The translations under genes and the position numbers were made by a program. A stretch of 64,000 nt of DNA from a virus: the UHGV virus genome UHGV-1550212; one strand, given 5' to 3'. The notes under the pieces were generated by a model that was given only the letters and a program-made list of their open reading frames with translations, did not search any database and was not told the origin of the DNA. Positions 19,156 through 28,021 of this stretch are shown here, one piece after another; positions within the stretch are counted from its first letter, which is position 1, and every line of letters begins with the position of its first letter.

Positions 19156-19611
19156 TTAAAATTTGCCATCTGCTACTTGAAAGCATCGATAGCCAAGCTC
19201 TCGCCATTTAGCAACCATAGAATCACGGTCTTCAAGTATAAACGCGATTTGTTTCAGCTCATCTTCAGACAAGGCTTCTACAAGCAATTCAGGCTTGACA
19301 AGTGTATCATGACGTTTATCACCATCTTTTCGCATAAGAATTTGCGGATTGACGATTCTGCCATCTGTATGCTGTGCAAGCCAAATTTCTGTCATTTGTC
19401 TACAGCTTTCACGACGACCTGTGCAGAATATGATTCTGTAGCCAACTTGCTGCAAATCGCAAAGCAAGTCAAGCACAGTCATAATGGGCATGTCTTCATG
19501 ACAGTGTGCATAAAACGCATCCCAATCTTTGTTTGATTGTTGAAGATATTTTAGACGGTCGCCAACTTTTGAAATTGTTCCGTCAATGTCGCATATAATG
19601 ATATTTGCCAT
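19156..19611 (-). CDS. HAD-superfamily phosphatase
   Basis: motif I IIICDIDGTI (DxDGT), downstream Thr and acidic motifs; ATG at 19611. Confidence 0.6.
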   Translation of the reverse strand: MANIIICDIDGTISKVGDRLKYLQQSNKDWDAFYAHCHEDMPIMTVLDLLCDLQQVGYRIIFCTGRRESCRQMTEIWLAQHTDGRIVNPQILMRKDGDKRHDTLVKPELLVEALSEDELKQIAFILEDRDSMVAKWRELGYRCFQVADGKF

Positions 19612-19629
19612 GATGTGTATGCTTATGAA

Positions 19630-19656
19630 AGGAAGAGCTCAATTGAGCTCTTCCTG
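19630..19656 (-). terminator. terminator hairpin (palindrome aggaagagctcaattgagctcttcct)
   Basis: perfect inverted repeat with the same caattg loop as hairpins at 22852 and 35654. Confidence 0.55.
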
Positions 19657-19685
19657 ATAGTCAACTTGATAAACCTCTACGAAAA

Positions 19686-20558
19686 TCAAGCCTGACTACT
19701 TTTGTTGATTACGAGATACTTGTATCGTTCTTTGATTGTGATGTTCTTTGATTTTGCAGCCTCGATTTCTTTGCGTTCCTTGGAGGAATAGTTGAACTTG
19801 ATATAGTCGGAGAACAATTCGGGCTTATCTGCTACTTCATTGTTCTTGACTTCTTTTACAAGAGTTTGCTGAAACTCATTGATTGTAGTGAAACCGAGGA
19901 ATGACTGGAACTTGTTAAGCGGAAACAGCTTATCTGTGTTGTCCTCGAATGTCGGGAATTCGTCAGAATACGTAATTTCAATTTGGTCTACAAAATATCT
20001 GAGTTTTTCCCAGGGTTCCTTGCCAATGAGGAGAATGTTCTGATGGTCGAGTTTTTCCTCGAACATTTCCAGGAGACATTCGTATGATTTTACGAGACGA
20101 ACTCCAGGATATGTAATTGATGCAATTGAACGAGGTTTGTGAGTCGTCTTAACTTCTTTATTGTACGTTTCCTCGTCAATGCAATAGATGTATCGCTTAA
20201 CCTTGTCGTATTCTTTAGGAAGATAGTTGTTGTCAAGGAATTGCTTGTCAACTACAATGAAACTGAAAGGATAGAGTTCATTGAATCGTTGGCGAAGCTG
20301 TTCTGTTGCAAGGAAGAAATGCGAGCCATCTTTTGCTGCAAATTCCATATTTGAATTGCATCCTGCATATGCAATGTATCTGTTTCGCTTCCATTTGAGG
20401 AATCGACTTACCAGGTTCTTTTCGAAGATGTCCTTGTATTTGAAGTTAGTGTCCCAGTACTCCTTAACAATTCCATCTTGCATTTTTCTTGACAATTTTG
20501 AATTGTCTACCGGCCTATCAGTAAAAACTGAAGGTTTGTTTGCGTTGTATAATCCCAT
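19686..20558 (-). CDS. hypothetical protein (290 aa) with atypical C-ending codon usage
   Basis: ORF track; TATAAATA late-promoter-like box and conserved leader upstream; codon usage resembles the capsid gene rather than neighbours. Confidence 0.5.
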   Translation of the reverse strand: MGLYNANKPSVFTDRPVDNSKLSRKMQDGIVKEYWDTNFKYKDIFEKNLVSRFLKWKRNRYIAYAGCNSNMEFAAKDGSHFFLATEQLRQRFNELYPFSFIVVDKQFLDNNYLPKEYDKVKRYIYCIDEETYNKEVKTTHKPRSIASITYPGVRLVKSYECLLEMFEEKLDHQNILLIGKEPWEKLRYFVDQIEITYSDEFPTFEDNTDKLFPLNKFQSFLGFTTINEFQQTLVKEVKNNEVADKPELFSDYIKFNYSSKERKEIEAAKSKNITIKERYKYLVINKSSQA

Positions 20559-20653
20559 TGTAGTAGAGGTTTGTTAATTTATTATTTATAGATATATAAT
20601 ACTACGACAATGCAAATTTTGCACTGTCGTAGCATAAAAGTTTACACATTTTT

Positions 20654-21004
20654 TTACAAATGTGAGAACAACTTATTCGTAACTCGTTCAATTGCAAATT
20701 CAACACCATATTGCAATAACTGTTCAGTGCTAAATGACCTTGCTGCACGTGCAGGTGCTACAATATGCTTTGATTGCGCATACAAAATCCAAGTATCAGT
20801 TGGCCTGTCATAAGTAACTGTCAGTCTGTATGTTTGCAACACAAACTCTTGACTAAAGTGTTCTCTTCGCCAAAACTCTGGTTCTGCAATATGCAAATCA
20901 AACCAAGCAAACTCAAACAAGATTTGTTCGAGTTGACGTTGATGCTTGCGTTCAGCACGATATGTACCGCTGAACAGATACTTGATGATGTTCATCATTT
21001 GCAA
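20654..21004 (-). CDS. hypothetical protein (116 aa)
   Basis: ORF track. Confidence 0.4.
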   Translation of the reverse strand: MQMMNIIKYLFSGTYRAERKHQRQLEQILFEFAWFDLHIAEPEFWRREHFSQEFVLQTYRLTVTYDRPTDTWILYAQSKHIVAPARAARSFSTEQLLQYGVEFAIERVTNKLFSHL

Positions 21005-21711
21005 TCATTATGCTGAGTATGAATTGCGTTGCCCTGTGAATCCAAGCGAATCGCAGTTTGCATTGCGACTTCAGATTGTATTTGTTCTGCCACATAAGAC
21101 TTTCCGATGCCCCCGCCTGGATGTACTGCCCTGAACCTATCAAAATCTGTGCCCAGCTGCTCAGCAACAGACAGCATGATATTATCACCAACGAGCTGAG
21201 ATGCCAGCAGAGAATTCGTCGGAATTCGCGGATTGCGTGAGTCCTCATCAATTGCTGGCAATGACACAAGCAAATCTGCCCAAGCATTCATATCAGTGAC
21301 CTTGCCACCAGCAAAGTTGATGCCAATGATTTGGCAATTCGGTGCAAGCAATTCACGATGTTCACGAAGATATGTCATTGCAGTTGCAAGTTCAGATGTG
21401 TTGCCAGTTTTGCTGAATGCTACAATAACATCGTTGTTTCGAATCATGCCAAAGTCACCATGCATTGCATGCACTGCATCAAAGAATGATGCGTTCAATG
21501 ACAAGCAATAACATGTTGCAGCAAGTTTTTCACAGCAATGCACATTTTTACCAATGCCAGTGAACAACACTTTGCCATCAGACTTCAATGCATTTGCAAT
21601 GATATCTGCTGCAATACCAAGAACGTCATATTGCGCATCTGAAATATTGTTGTGCCATGCTACAAGCGATTCAACTGATGCAGCAATGCCTTTGTGTACA
21701 AGTGTTTTCAT
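20995..21711 (-). CDS. SIS-domain sugar-phosphate isomerase (KdsD/KpsF arabinose-5-phosphate isomerase-like, no CBS domains)
   Basis: GKVLFTGIGKN...KLAAT...FFDAVHAMHGDFGM...DVIVAFSKTGNTSEL matches the KdsD SIS pattern; ATG at 21711. Confidence 0.6.
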   Translation of the reverse strand: MKTLVHKGIAASVESLVAWHNNISDAQYDVLGIAADIIANALKSDGKVLFTGIGKNVHCCEKLAATCYCLSLNASFFDAVHAMHGDFGMIRNNDVIVAFSKTGNTSELATAMTYLREHRELLAPNCQIIGINFAGGKVTDMNAWADLLVSLPAIDEDSRNPRIPTNSLLASQLVGDNIMLSVAEQLGTDFDRFRAVHPGGGIGKSYVAEQIQSEVAMQTAIRLDSQGNAIHTQHNDCK

Positions 21712-21730
21712 TTTTGTGATGTTTGAAGGT

Positions 21731-22411
21731 TCAAAGAAACTTGAGTTTTGACAGCATTTCAGTGTCTTGTTCAGTGTTGATGCAGAGCTCTTGCATAACA
21801 TCAAGCAATGCAGACCATAATTGCTCATATGATTTGCCGTTGTTCATAACAACAGCGTCAACAAACAGCTCATCTATGTGTTGTTCACTTGAATGACTGA
21901 TGTTTTGCTTGACATCATCATTGACAATTTTAATGAGTTTGAAACCTCTTGAACGCAATGCGGTCGCTTCGTTTGGATATCGACAATCGCCAACACAAAT
22001 AAGTGCTTCATTATGACAATTGTCAAGTCGATACAGCAAACTGTTTACAAAGAAGTCTTCACCATACAGTTTCTTGAGCGCATCTGAAACATCAAGATGC
22101 ACATTGCGAATCGATGAACCTGCAAACTCTACAAAGTGTTTCTGTTTGAATGCATTGTTATGCAAGTCTTGCAAATTGTAGCCCAGTGTACTTGCAATAA
22201 ATGCTTTCAGTGGCTTTGCAAAGCACTCATATGCAAGATTGCAGCCACATGGCCAGTATGGATTTGCTTCAATTTGCTGCAAAGTTGATGTGTAAATGCC
22301 ATCAATTACAGTGAACTTGCATTTAGTCATGACTCGAATCATCGCCCAAGCCAAATCTTTGCCTACGCCTGCATGACCAACAAGCGCAATTTTTGTTATG
22401 TCATCATTCAT
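21731..22411 (-). CDS. P-loop nucleotide kinase-like protein (dNMP kinase-like)
   Basis: Walker A-like KIALVGHAGVGKD near N-terminus. Confidence 0.45.
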   Translation of the reverse strand: MNDDITKIALVGHAGVGKDLAWAMIRVMTKCKFTVIDGIYTSTLQQIEANPYWPCGCNLAYECFAKPLKAFIASTLGYNLQDLHNNAFKQKHFVEFAGSSIRNVHLDVSDALKKLYGEDFFVNSLLYRLDNCHNEALICVGDCRYPNEATALRSRGFKLIKIVNDDVKQNISHSSEQHIDELFVDAVVMNNGKSYEQLWSALLDVMQELCINTEQDTEMLSKLKFL

Positions 22412-22793
22412 TGCACCACTGTTTAAGAGTCACAAAATTGTTGAAGTCTGCATAAAAGTCATCACCACCGTTAAGCATTGCGACATTCTCAAGTTCATTG
22501 AGAATGATTTGCTTATCAATGACTATTGCAAGAGCGTCAAAGTCTTCTTTTGATTGCAAGTTAAGTAGCACAGGATGACCTTTGAGTCTTGTAGTTAATG
22601 TTGCTGGCAGTCTATGCACAGACTTCTTTTTCTTTGACTGCGTAGGATGTTTTGAGCGCTTTCTTGTAGCAGTCAGCTGAATATCATAATCAATTTCAAG
22701 CAAACCTGCATCTTGCATTACAAAATTGAGATTAACATGCACAGGATACTTTTGCTGAATGTCTATGAATTCTTGTAATTTGTCGTTTATCAT
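22404..22793 (-). CDS. hypothetical protein
   Basis: ORF track 22404..22886; probable start at in-frame ATG 22793 just downstream of a TTGTACCA motif and hairpin. Confidence 0.4.
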   Translation of the reverse strand: MINDKLQEFIDIQQKYPVHVNLNFVMQDAGLLEIDYDIQLTATRKRSKHPTQSKKKKSVHRLPATLTTRLKGHPVLLNLQSKEDFDALAIVIDKQIILNELENVAMLNGGDDFYADFNNFVTLKQWCNE

Positions 22794-22851
22794 TTGAAAT
22801 GCATTTGTATATGATAATTGTACCACGTATGCATCAACTTTGCACACAAAA

Positions 22852-22879
22852 CAAGACCAGCTCAATTGAGCTGGTCTTG
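22852..22879 (-). terminator. terminator hairpin (caagaccagctcaattgagctggtcttg)
   Basis: perfect palindrome; identical core to 35654..35681. Confidence 0.55.
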
Positions 22880-22897
22880 CGGTCATATGTAGACTTC

Positions 22898-23470
22898 TTA
22901 AAATTTGGATAGACTCGTAGTATCAAGCGATGCAATTGAATCAATGCGCAAAGAATCTGCTATAGGTGCGCAATCATCAATTGGGTGACTTGCAGGCTTA
23001 ACTTTGAGCATATACATTCTGCAGTTGCCAATATCTATAAGGGAACCAGAACGTGTCATATAATCACAGCCCAAAATGCCAACGACTTCATGACCAAGTG
23101 CTTTGCTAAGCTGAACTAAAATAGGCGAAATGTCATCAATAAACATGTCCAGCTCTACAGAGCCATTTGCGATAGTAATGTCTGCATCTATTGCATGAGA
23201 TACTTGAAGAGCCCCTGTGACATATGATAGTCGCTTAACTGAACGCTCTTTGCCAACCATGTCATGAGTAGCAACAAATGTGCTATCAATCAATGACAAT
23301 GACGCGCCAGTATCAAGCAAAAGCCATGCATCGACACCATTGACATTTGCATGTACAAATGGCAGGCTCTTCAAAACAATCGGTGACTGTGATTGCTGCA
23401 ATGCTTCATTGCACATTGTCAGCGTCATAATCGCAAGTAGCGATATAAGAAACAATTTGAATGCTTTCAT
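22898..23470 (-). CDS. secreted retropepsin-like aspartic protease
   Basis: N-terminal signal-peptide-like MKAFKLFLISLLAIMTLTMC; catalytic motif LLLDTGASLSLI. Confidence 0.55.
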   Translation of the reverse strand: MKAFKLFLISLLAIMTLTMCNEALQQSQSPIVLKSLPFVHANVNGVDAWLLLDTGASLSLIDSTFVATHDMVGKERSVKRLSYVTGALQVSHAIDADITIANGSVELDMFIDDISPILVQLSKALGHEVVGILGCDYMTRSGSLIDIGNCRMYMLKVKPASHPIDDCAPIADSLRIDSIASLDTTSLSKF

Positions 23471-23474
23471 AAGG

Positions 23475-25232
23475 CTACTCTGCTTTTGTTGCTTGCATCA
23501 GTTCAGCAAAGCTTACAGTGTAAGCATCTTCACCAACAGTCACATATGCAGCATCAACATTTGAGTCATTGCCTGTGTATGCAACCAAGGTGCCTGCTGG
23601 AATTTCTACACCGTCAATTGTTAGCATCGAATTGACAAGCTTGTATGTCTTGTTATCTTCGAAGTTCTCATTGACATATGCAGCAGCAATCATTGTTGAA
23701 CGTTTACGAGATTCATTGACAAAGCTTGCGCCAACAAGTTCTGACAGCTTCTTCTTTGTTGCTGCAGAGCATTTGTCATATGCAATGTCAATTGCGAGGT
23801 CTACATCACCAAGTTCCTTTGCAATGAGTTCATCAATCTGAGACAGCTTCTTGTCATCTTTGACAGCGACAAAATTCATTGCAAACTTGCGAGCGTTGTC
23901 TGACAATGATTCATCAATGTTCCACTGTTTCATCAATGTCTGCTTCAACACCTTGTCAAGTTCTGACCAGTCCTTATCTGCAAGAGTAGTTGCATCAAAG
24001 TCTTCATTGCTGAACTGCTTCAGCACTTTGACTTTGTCATCATGTGACAATGCTGACCACTTGTTTGCAGCGTCTTCAGCAGATTCAAGCAGAGGCTTGA
24101 TTGCATCTTTGAGTTCTTGCGGCCAAGTTTCAGGCGCTTTGAGCAGCATCTCAGATGAGTTGTACTCAAGCATGTCTGTCATGATTGCAAGCTTGACATT
24201 GTTAGCTTTCTCTTCAGGTGACAGAGCTTTGAATTTTTCAGCCCAGTCTTCAGATTCAGTCACGATTGATGCAGGCTTTGCAAAACCAGCAACAAAAACG
24301 AGCTTGTACATGATGTTCGTCATGAATGAGCAAGCTGCATCGATATCTGACTGAGTTGCTGCAGATTGAGCATCACGAATGTTGAGCAATGCCTGACGAA
24401 GAGACATAATGCCTACAACAGGGTCAGACCATGTCAATACAACTGAACTATCGATTGTGATGCCCTTGTCAAATCGCATATTTTCTGCAATGCGGTCAGC
24501 AAGTTCAGGCAGTTCAGTGTAGTACTGCTCAAGCGCTGCATGTGCAGCAGGAATTGAAACTTTTGCAGCATCAAATGCGTTGTTGATGTGCATAACATGC
24601 GCAGTTTGAATTGACTGCATCAACATCGACACTACTGCAGATTCTGTTGCAACATCATCTGTTGCAGCTTCATTAACAAATGACGCCATTGCATTTTGCA
24701 GCATGTATTGATGGTCTCGTACTGGCAACTCAACAATTTCAAAGCCTTCAAGAGACTTTGGCGAATCAGTTGCTGAACCTGCTTCAAGACACTTCTTTGA
24801 TGCATTGTCAATGACAAACCACATCTTTTGTGCTTTGAGTGCAATGTAAGTCTTGTCTTTTGATTGCTGAACAGTCATGTTGTCAAGAGCCAACGCACTG
24901 ATTGGCAAATTCTTGACTGCTGACTTGTCAAGTGCTTCATTGACTGCTACATTGTCATCACTCATTAACTGAGTATTTGCAGCAAATGTTGCAGAATCAA
25001 TGCTAAGCTCTTTGCCATCAGGCATAGAGAACTTAACTGCATCTGCAACATCAAGCACTTGCACCATGGCGCCTGCTTCGACTTTGTCATCACCAACAGC
25101 GAACTCAGTTACAACCTGATATGCCTTGTTAGCTTCAACAGTTTCAACAGACTCCATAATGAACTTTGCTGTACTGCAAGAGATTTTGTGCTTTTTCATG
25201 TTCATGTATGAATTTGAGTGTTTGTTGTTCAT
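23475..25232 (-). CDS. hypothetical acidic protein (585 aa), candidate head/internal protein
   Basis: ORF track; motifs SFVNE-A, SFVNE-S, YVNE-N, AVNE-A. Confidence 0.5.
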   Translation of the reverse strand: MNNKHSNSYMNMKKHKISCSTAKFIMESVETVEANKAYQVVTEFAVGDDKVEAGAMVQVLDVADAVKFSMPDGKELSIDSATFAANTQLMSDDNVAVNEALDKSAVKNLPISALALDNMTVQQSKDKTYIALKAQKMWFVIDNASKKCLEAGSATDSPKSLEGFEIVELPVRDHQYMLQNAMASFVNEAATDDVATESAVVSMLMQSIQTAHVMHINNAFDAAKVSIPAAHAALEQYYTELPELADRIAENMRFDKGITIDSSVVLTWSDPVVGIMSLRQALLNIRDAQSAATQSDIDAACSFMTNIMYKLVFVAGFAKPASIVTESEDWAEKFKALSPEEKANNVKLAIMTDMLEYNSSEMLLKAPETWPQELKDAIKPLLESAEDAANKWSALSHDDKVKVLKQFSNEDFDATTLADKDWSELDKVLKQTLMKQWNIDESLSDNARKFAMNFVAVKDDKKLSQIDELIAKELGDVDLAIDIAYDKCSAATKKKLSELVGASFVNESRKRSTMIAAAYVNENFEDNKTYKLVNSMLTIDGVEIPAGTLVAYTGNDSNVDAAYVTVGEDAYTVSFAELMQATKAE

Positions 25233-25368
25233 ATGATATGATATATATCAAGTGCAGCAATTGAACAGATTGCAAAAACAATGCTCAGACTGTAAAGTCT
25301 GAGCATTGAACGACTAAATTGTACATCTTCCACAATGATATAGAATCATTGTTAATATTGTATTGATA

Positions 25369-25453
25369 TTGTACAACATGCATTGCATATTTGCAATGAT
25401 ACAACATGCAAAATGCACTTGCACTTTGATGCAAAGTACTGCGTACACAACAT
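25369..25453 (-). promoter_or_regulatory. intergenic regulatory cassette: TTGTACAA motif plus 29-nt element duplicated at 26556..26584
   Basis: 25425..25453 tttgatgcaaagtactgcgtacacaacat is identical to 26556..26584; 25369..25408 nearly identical to 18138..18178. Confidence 0.45.
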
Positions 25454-25482
25454 GCATCGCGTATTTGCATTTTGACGCAATG

Positions 25483-26505
25483 TCATTGTTGTTTATGCCA
25501 GCCATATGATGCCTGACCAGCATCATACACTTCTACGAAGCCATGGTCGTACATAAAATCTTCATTACGAGTGCCCTTGCCCCCATTAGTGCCAAGAATA
25601 CGGTCTGCGCCATGCATAAGCAGCATATTATTTGTGACATGTTGCTTTGTCAGCATATTGAACCAGTGTTTGCTATATGACAAGCCAAGACCATCAAAGC
25701 CCAGCTTTGTGTACACACCACCGTCAAACTTGCTTAAATCACAATATGATAACACAGATTCAGGGTCATATGTCTTGATAAAGTGCTTAAAGATTCGTTC
25801 AGCACCACCAACAACTTTGGTTGCTGCACAAAGACGTAGCAATTCATATTGATAGCGCTTATTGTATCGTGGACGACCAAATGTCATAAGTTGATGAATG
25901 ACATAACCACCAAGCAACTCAAGTGGATGACCTTCAATCAACGCAAGATTGATAAAATTGCCTGAGCACTTGCCTTGCAAATGATGTTCAATCAAAAATT
26001 GATTTGCAGTATACTTGTCAATTTCAACAACTTTAAGCTTGCGAGCATATACAATCTTTGATTTGTCTACGATTTGATGCTTGATGTGATTGATAACTTT
26101 CTTGGCGTCATCCCAGTCCCACACATGAATGCAATGAAAGCCTGCTGATTTGGCGATGTCTGTTTTCTTTGCATGAATATCACAAGGCAAATGCGAATCT
26201 TTTGCATCATGCATAAACAGATGTTCAAATGAATGTGTGCTGTTATGTGAAAATGCAGGATTGATGTTAATGACAATATTGTCATGTCGAAAATCGAAGA
26301 CTTCATCGCCAATGACAAAGTTGCGCTCAAAATTTATACCGACATGTTTGAGTAACACTTGATGCCACACATCTTTATAGGCTGATTCAAGCTTGCTTAG
26401 CTCATCACAGTTTGCAATGTTTTTGTAACGTTGAATAGCAGCATCAAAGTCAAGATTGACTTCAGCGTAGTCTGCATTTTTATCGTAGTGAAATTTTGAG
26501 CTCAT
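25483..26505 (-). CDS. Vsr/DUF559-like nuclease-domain protein (paralog family; N-terminal nuclease module, extra C-terminal domain)
   Basis: NIVININPAFSHNS and GFHCIHVWDWDD match the family module; C-terminal GFVEVYDAGQ tail; ATG at 26505. Confidence 0.5.
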   Translation of the reverse strand: MSSKFHYDKNADYAEVNLDFDAAIQRYKNIANCDELSKLESAYKDVWHQVLLKHVGINFERNFVIGDEVFDFRHDNIVININPAFSHNSTHSFEHLFMHDAKDSHLPCDIHAKKTDIAKSAGFHCIHVWDWDDAKKVINHIKHQIVDKSKIVYARKLKVVEIDKYTANQFLIEHHLQGKCSGNFINLALIEGHPLELLGGYVIHQLMTFGRPRYNKRYQYELLRLCAATKVVGGAERIFKHFIKTYDPESVLSYCDLSKFDGGVYTKLGFDGLGLSYSKHWFNMLTKQHVTNNMLLMHGADRILGTNGGKGTRNEDFMYDHGFVEVYDAGQASYGWHKQQ

Positions 26506-26528
26506 GTGTATAATTTTGTATGAGATTA

Positions 26529-26536
26529 TTGTACAA
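26529..26536 (-). promoter_or_regulatory. TTGTACAA promoter-associated motif
   Basis: about 20 nt upstream of ATG 26505. Confidence 0.4.
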
Positions 26537-26612
26537 CATGCAAATGCATGTTGCATTTGATGCAAAGTACTGCGTACACAACATAAAGTACAAGTTTGTC
26601 TTTTGATAGACT

Positions 26613-27674
26613 TTACTTTGTATTGCTACGCGTCATTGTTAAATGACCGCAATCATACACATCAACTTCTGTTTTGCCAAGCATGCATGTATGACAATTT
26701 ATTTTGAAATCTGCTGCAGCGTAATCAGGATAGTTTAGTGGAGATTCTTTTGACAAATCAATTTCAATTGTGTCAGTAGTTTTAAGCTGTTCAGTACCTG
26801 CAATGATATCTGCAATAAGATTGATAACTTCTTCTTGTGAATCCCAATCAAACACAGTTATGCAACGATAGCCTACATCAAGTGCAAGTTTTGTTTTATT
26901 GTAATGGTATTGCGCACCAATAACATTGTTGTCTTTTGCTCGACCAGTTAAATATGCAAAACTAACAGTGCAGTTGTGCGTAACTGTTGGACAAATTTCT
27001 ATAAGTAACTTTGCAGGCTCATACTGCAAATCATATGTTTGATTATTGATGTTAAACTCGTACTGTGTATCAATTGCCAACTGTCGTAATAACGCATCAT
27101 GCCACATCATATTACATTTAGAAATTGTTTTGGATGACAATCTGCATTGAGGCAATTGACATGGCCAATCTACGCCGTACATTTGTTGTGTTGTTTGACG
27201 CATTTTGTTAACATCACCAAAATGATTGCCATATCGATGCTCTTTGGTTTTAAGCGACTGCTCAATATTGACATTGCCTACACAACCATAACGTTCAAGT
27301 TTTGTTGCAGCAGTTTTGCTAACATCACCATGTCCATTACCAAATTTGGCGACTTTAGTTGCAAGTATTTTATGACTTGGGCCAAATGCATTGCCATACA
27401 ATTCTTGTTTAGTCGCAAGCATTTTGTCGATATTACAACCAGCGCCATAAGTGTTATGCATAGTTTGCATACGCTGTCGAATAAATTTTGGCACAGATAA
27501 AGGACTTTCTACACCATATTTGCGTAAGCAACTGATTTTGCATGCGTACTTTTGCTTGATGACAGAATGTGCATTTCGACGTCCTATGTAAGTATTTTCT
27601 GATGTAGCAGCAAGCTCTGCATCTCTAAGAACTTCAAGTGCAGCAATTCGTGCTTCAATTTCTTCAGATGTCAT
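26613..27674 (-). CDS. RYG-repeat / Vsr-DUF559-like nuclease (putative free-standing homing endonuclease)
   Basis: seven ~21-aa tandem repeats each with R/K-Y-G (KYG, TYG, LYG, KFG, RYG, RYG, MYG); C-terminal LLIEICPTVTHNCT...GYRCITVFDWDS...VDVYDCGH. Confidence 0.55.
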   Translation of the reverse strand: MTSEEIEARIAALEVLRDAELAATSENTYIGRRNAHSVIKQKYACKISCLRKYGVESPLSVPKFIRQRMQTMHNTYGAGCNIDKMLATKQELYGNAFGPSHKILATKVAKFGNGHGDVSKTAATKLERYGCVGNVNIEQSLKTKEHRYGNHFGDVNKMRQTTQQMYGVDWPCQLPQCRLSSKTISKCNMMWHDALLRQLAIDTQYEFNINNQTYDLQYEPAKLLIEICPTVTHNCTVSFAYLTGRAKDNNVIGAQYHYNKTKLALDVGYRCITVFDWDSQEEVINLIADIIAGTEQLKTTDTIEIDLSKESPLNYPDYAAADFKINCHTCMLGKTEVDVYDCGHLTMTRSNTK

Positions 27675-27695
27675 TTTTTAATAGCATATTGATAA

Positions 27696-27703
27696 TTGTA
27701 CAA
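27696..27703 (-). promoter_or_regulatory. TTGTACAA promoter-associated motif
   Basis: 22 nt upstream of ATG 27674. Confidence 0.4.
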
Positions 27704-27760
27704 CATACAAATGCGTTTTGCATTTTTGATGTAGCAATTGCTTGCACAGTTTGCAAAAAA

Positions 27761-27791
27761 GAACCGCTTGCAATCTAATTGCAAGCGGTTC
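27761..27791 (-). terminator. rho-independent terminator downstream of the major capsid gene region
   Basis: 13-bp stem gaaccgcttgcaa / ttgcaagcggttc, 5-nt loop, followed by T6 on the minus strand. Confidence 0.6.
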
Positions 27792-27840
27792 AATGAATAC
27801 GTTTGTCAGAAACTGTCAATGTGTGCAATCGCTTGAAGAG

Positions 27841-27963
27841 TTAGCTGAACAGCTTGTTGATGCGATTGCTGCATTGGTGACTACCAAGCAGCCCATTGAA
27901 CATTGGATTCGACATCAACGTCTTTGTGGTTGTTGTTGAACTCACCAAGCCAGCAAGTATCAT
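27841..27963 (-). CDS. possible small ORF (40 aa) in capsid-gene 3' region
   Basis: ATG at 27963, TAA at 27841..27843; GC-rich codon usage like the capsid gene; weak. Confidence 0.2.
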   Translation of the reverse strand: MILAGLVSSTTTTKTLMSNPMFNGLLGSHQCSNRINKLFS

Positions 27964-28021
27964 TTAGCAAGTTTCCAAACTTAACGTACTTGTCGTTCCC
28001 CGGCTTGGGTGGCGCAGGTTG

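Noticed and set aside
23851-24354. 167-aa plus-strand ORF
   Set aside because: Antisense shadow within the 585-aa minus-strand gene; Ser/Ala-rich low-complexity translation
27792-28021. Possible tRNA or ncRNA downstream of the capsid gene (TCGAATCC resembles a T-loop)
   Set aside because: No acceptor or anticodon stems could be built; the motif lacks the full GTTCGAATC context; region better explained as 3' UTR or small ORF
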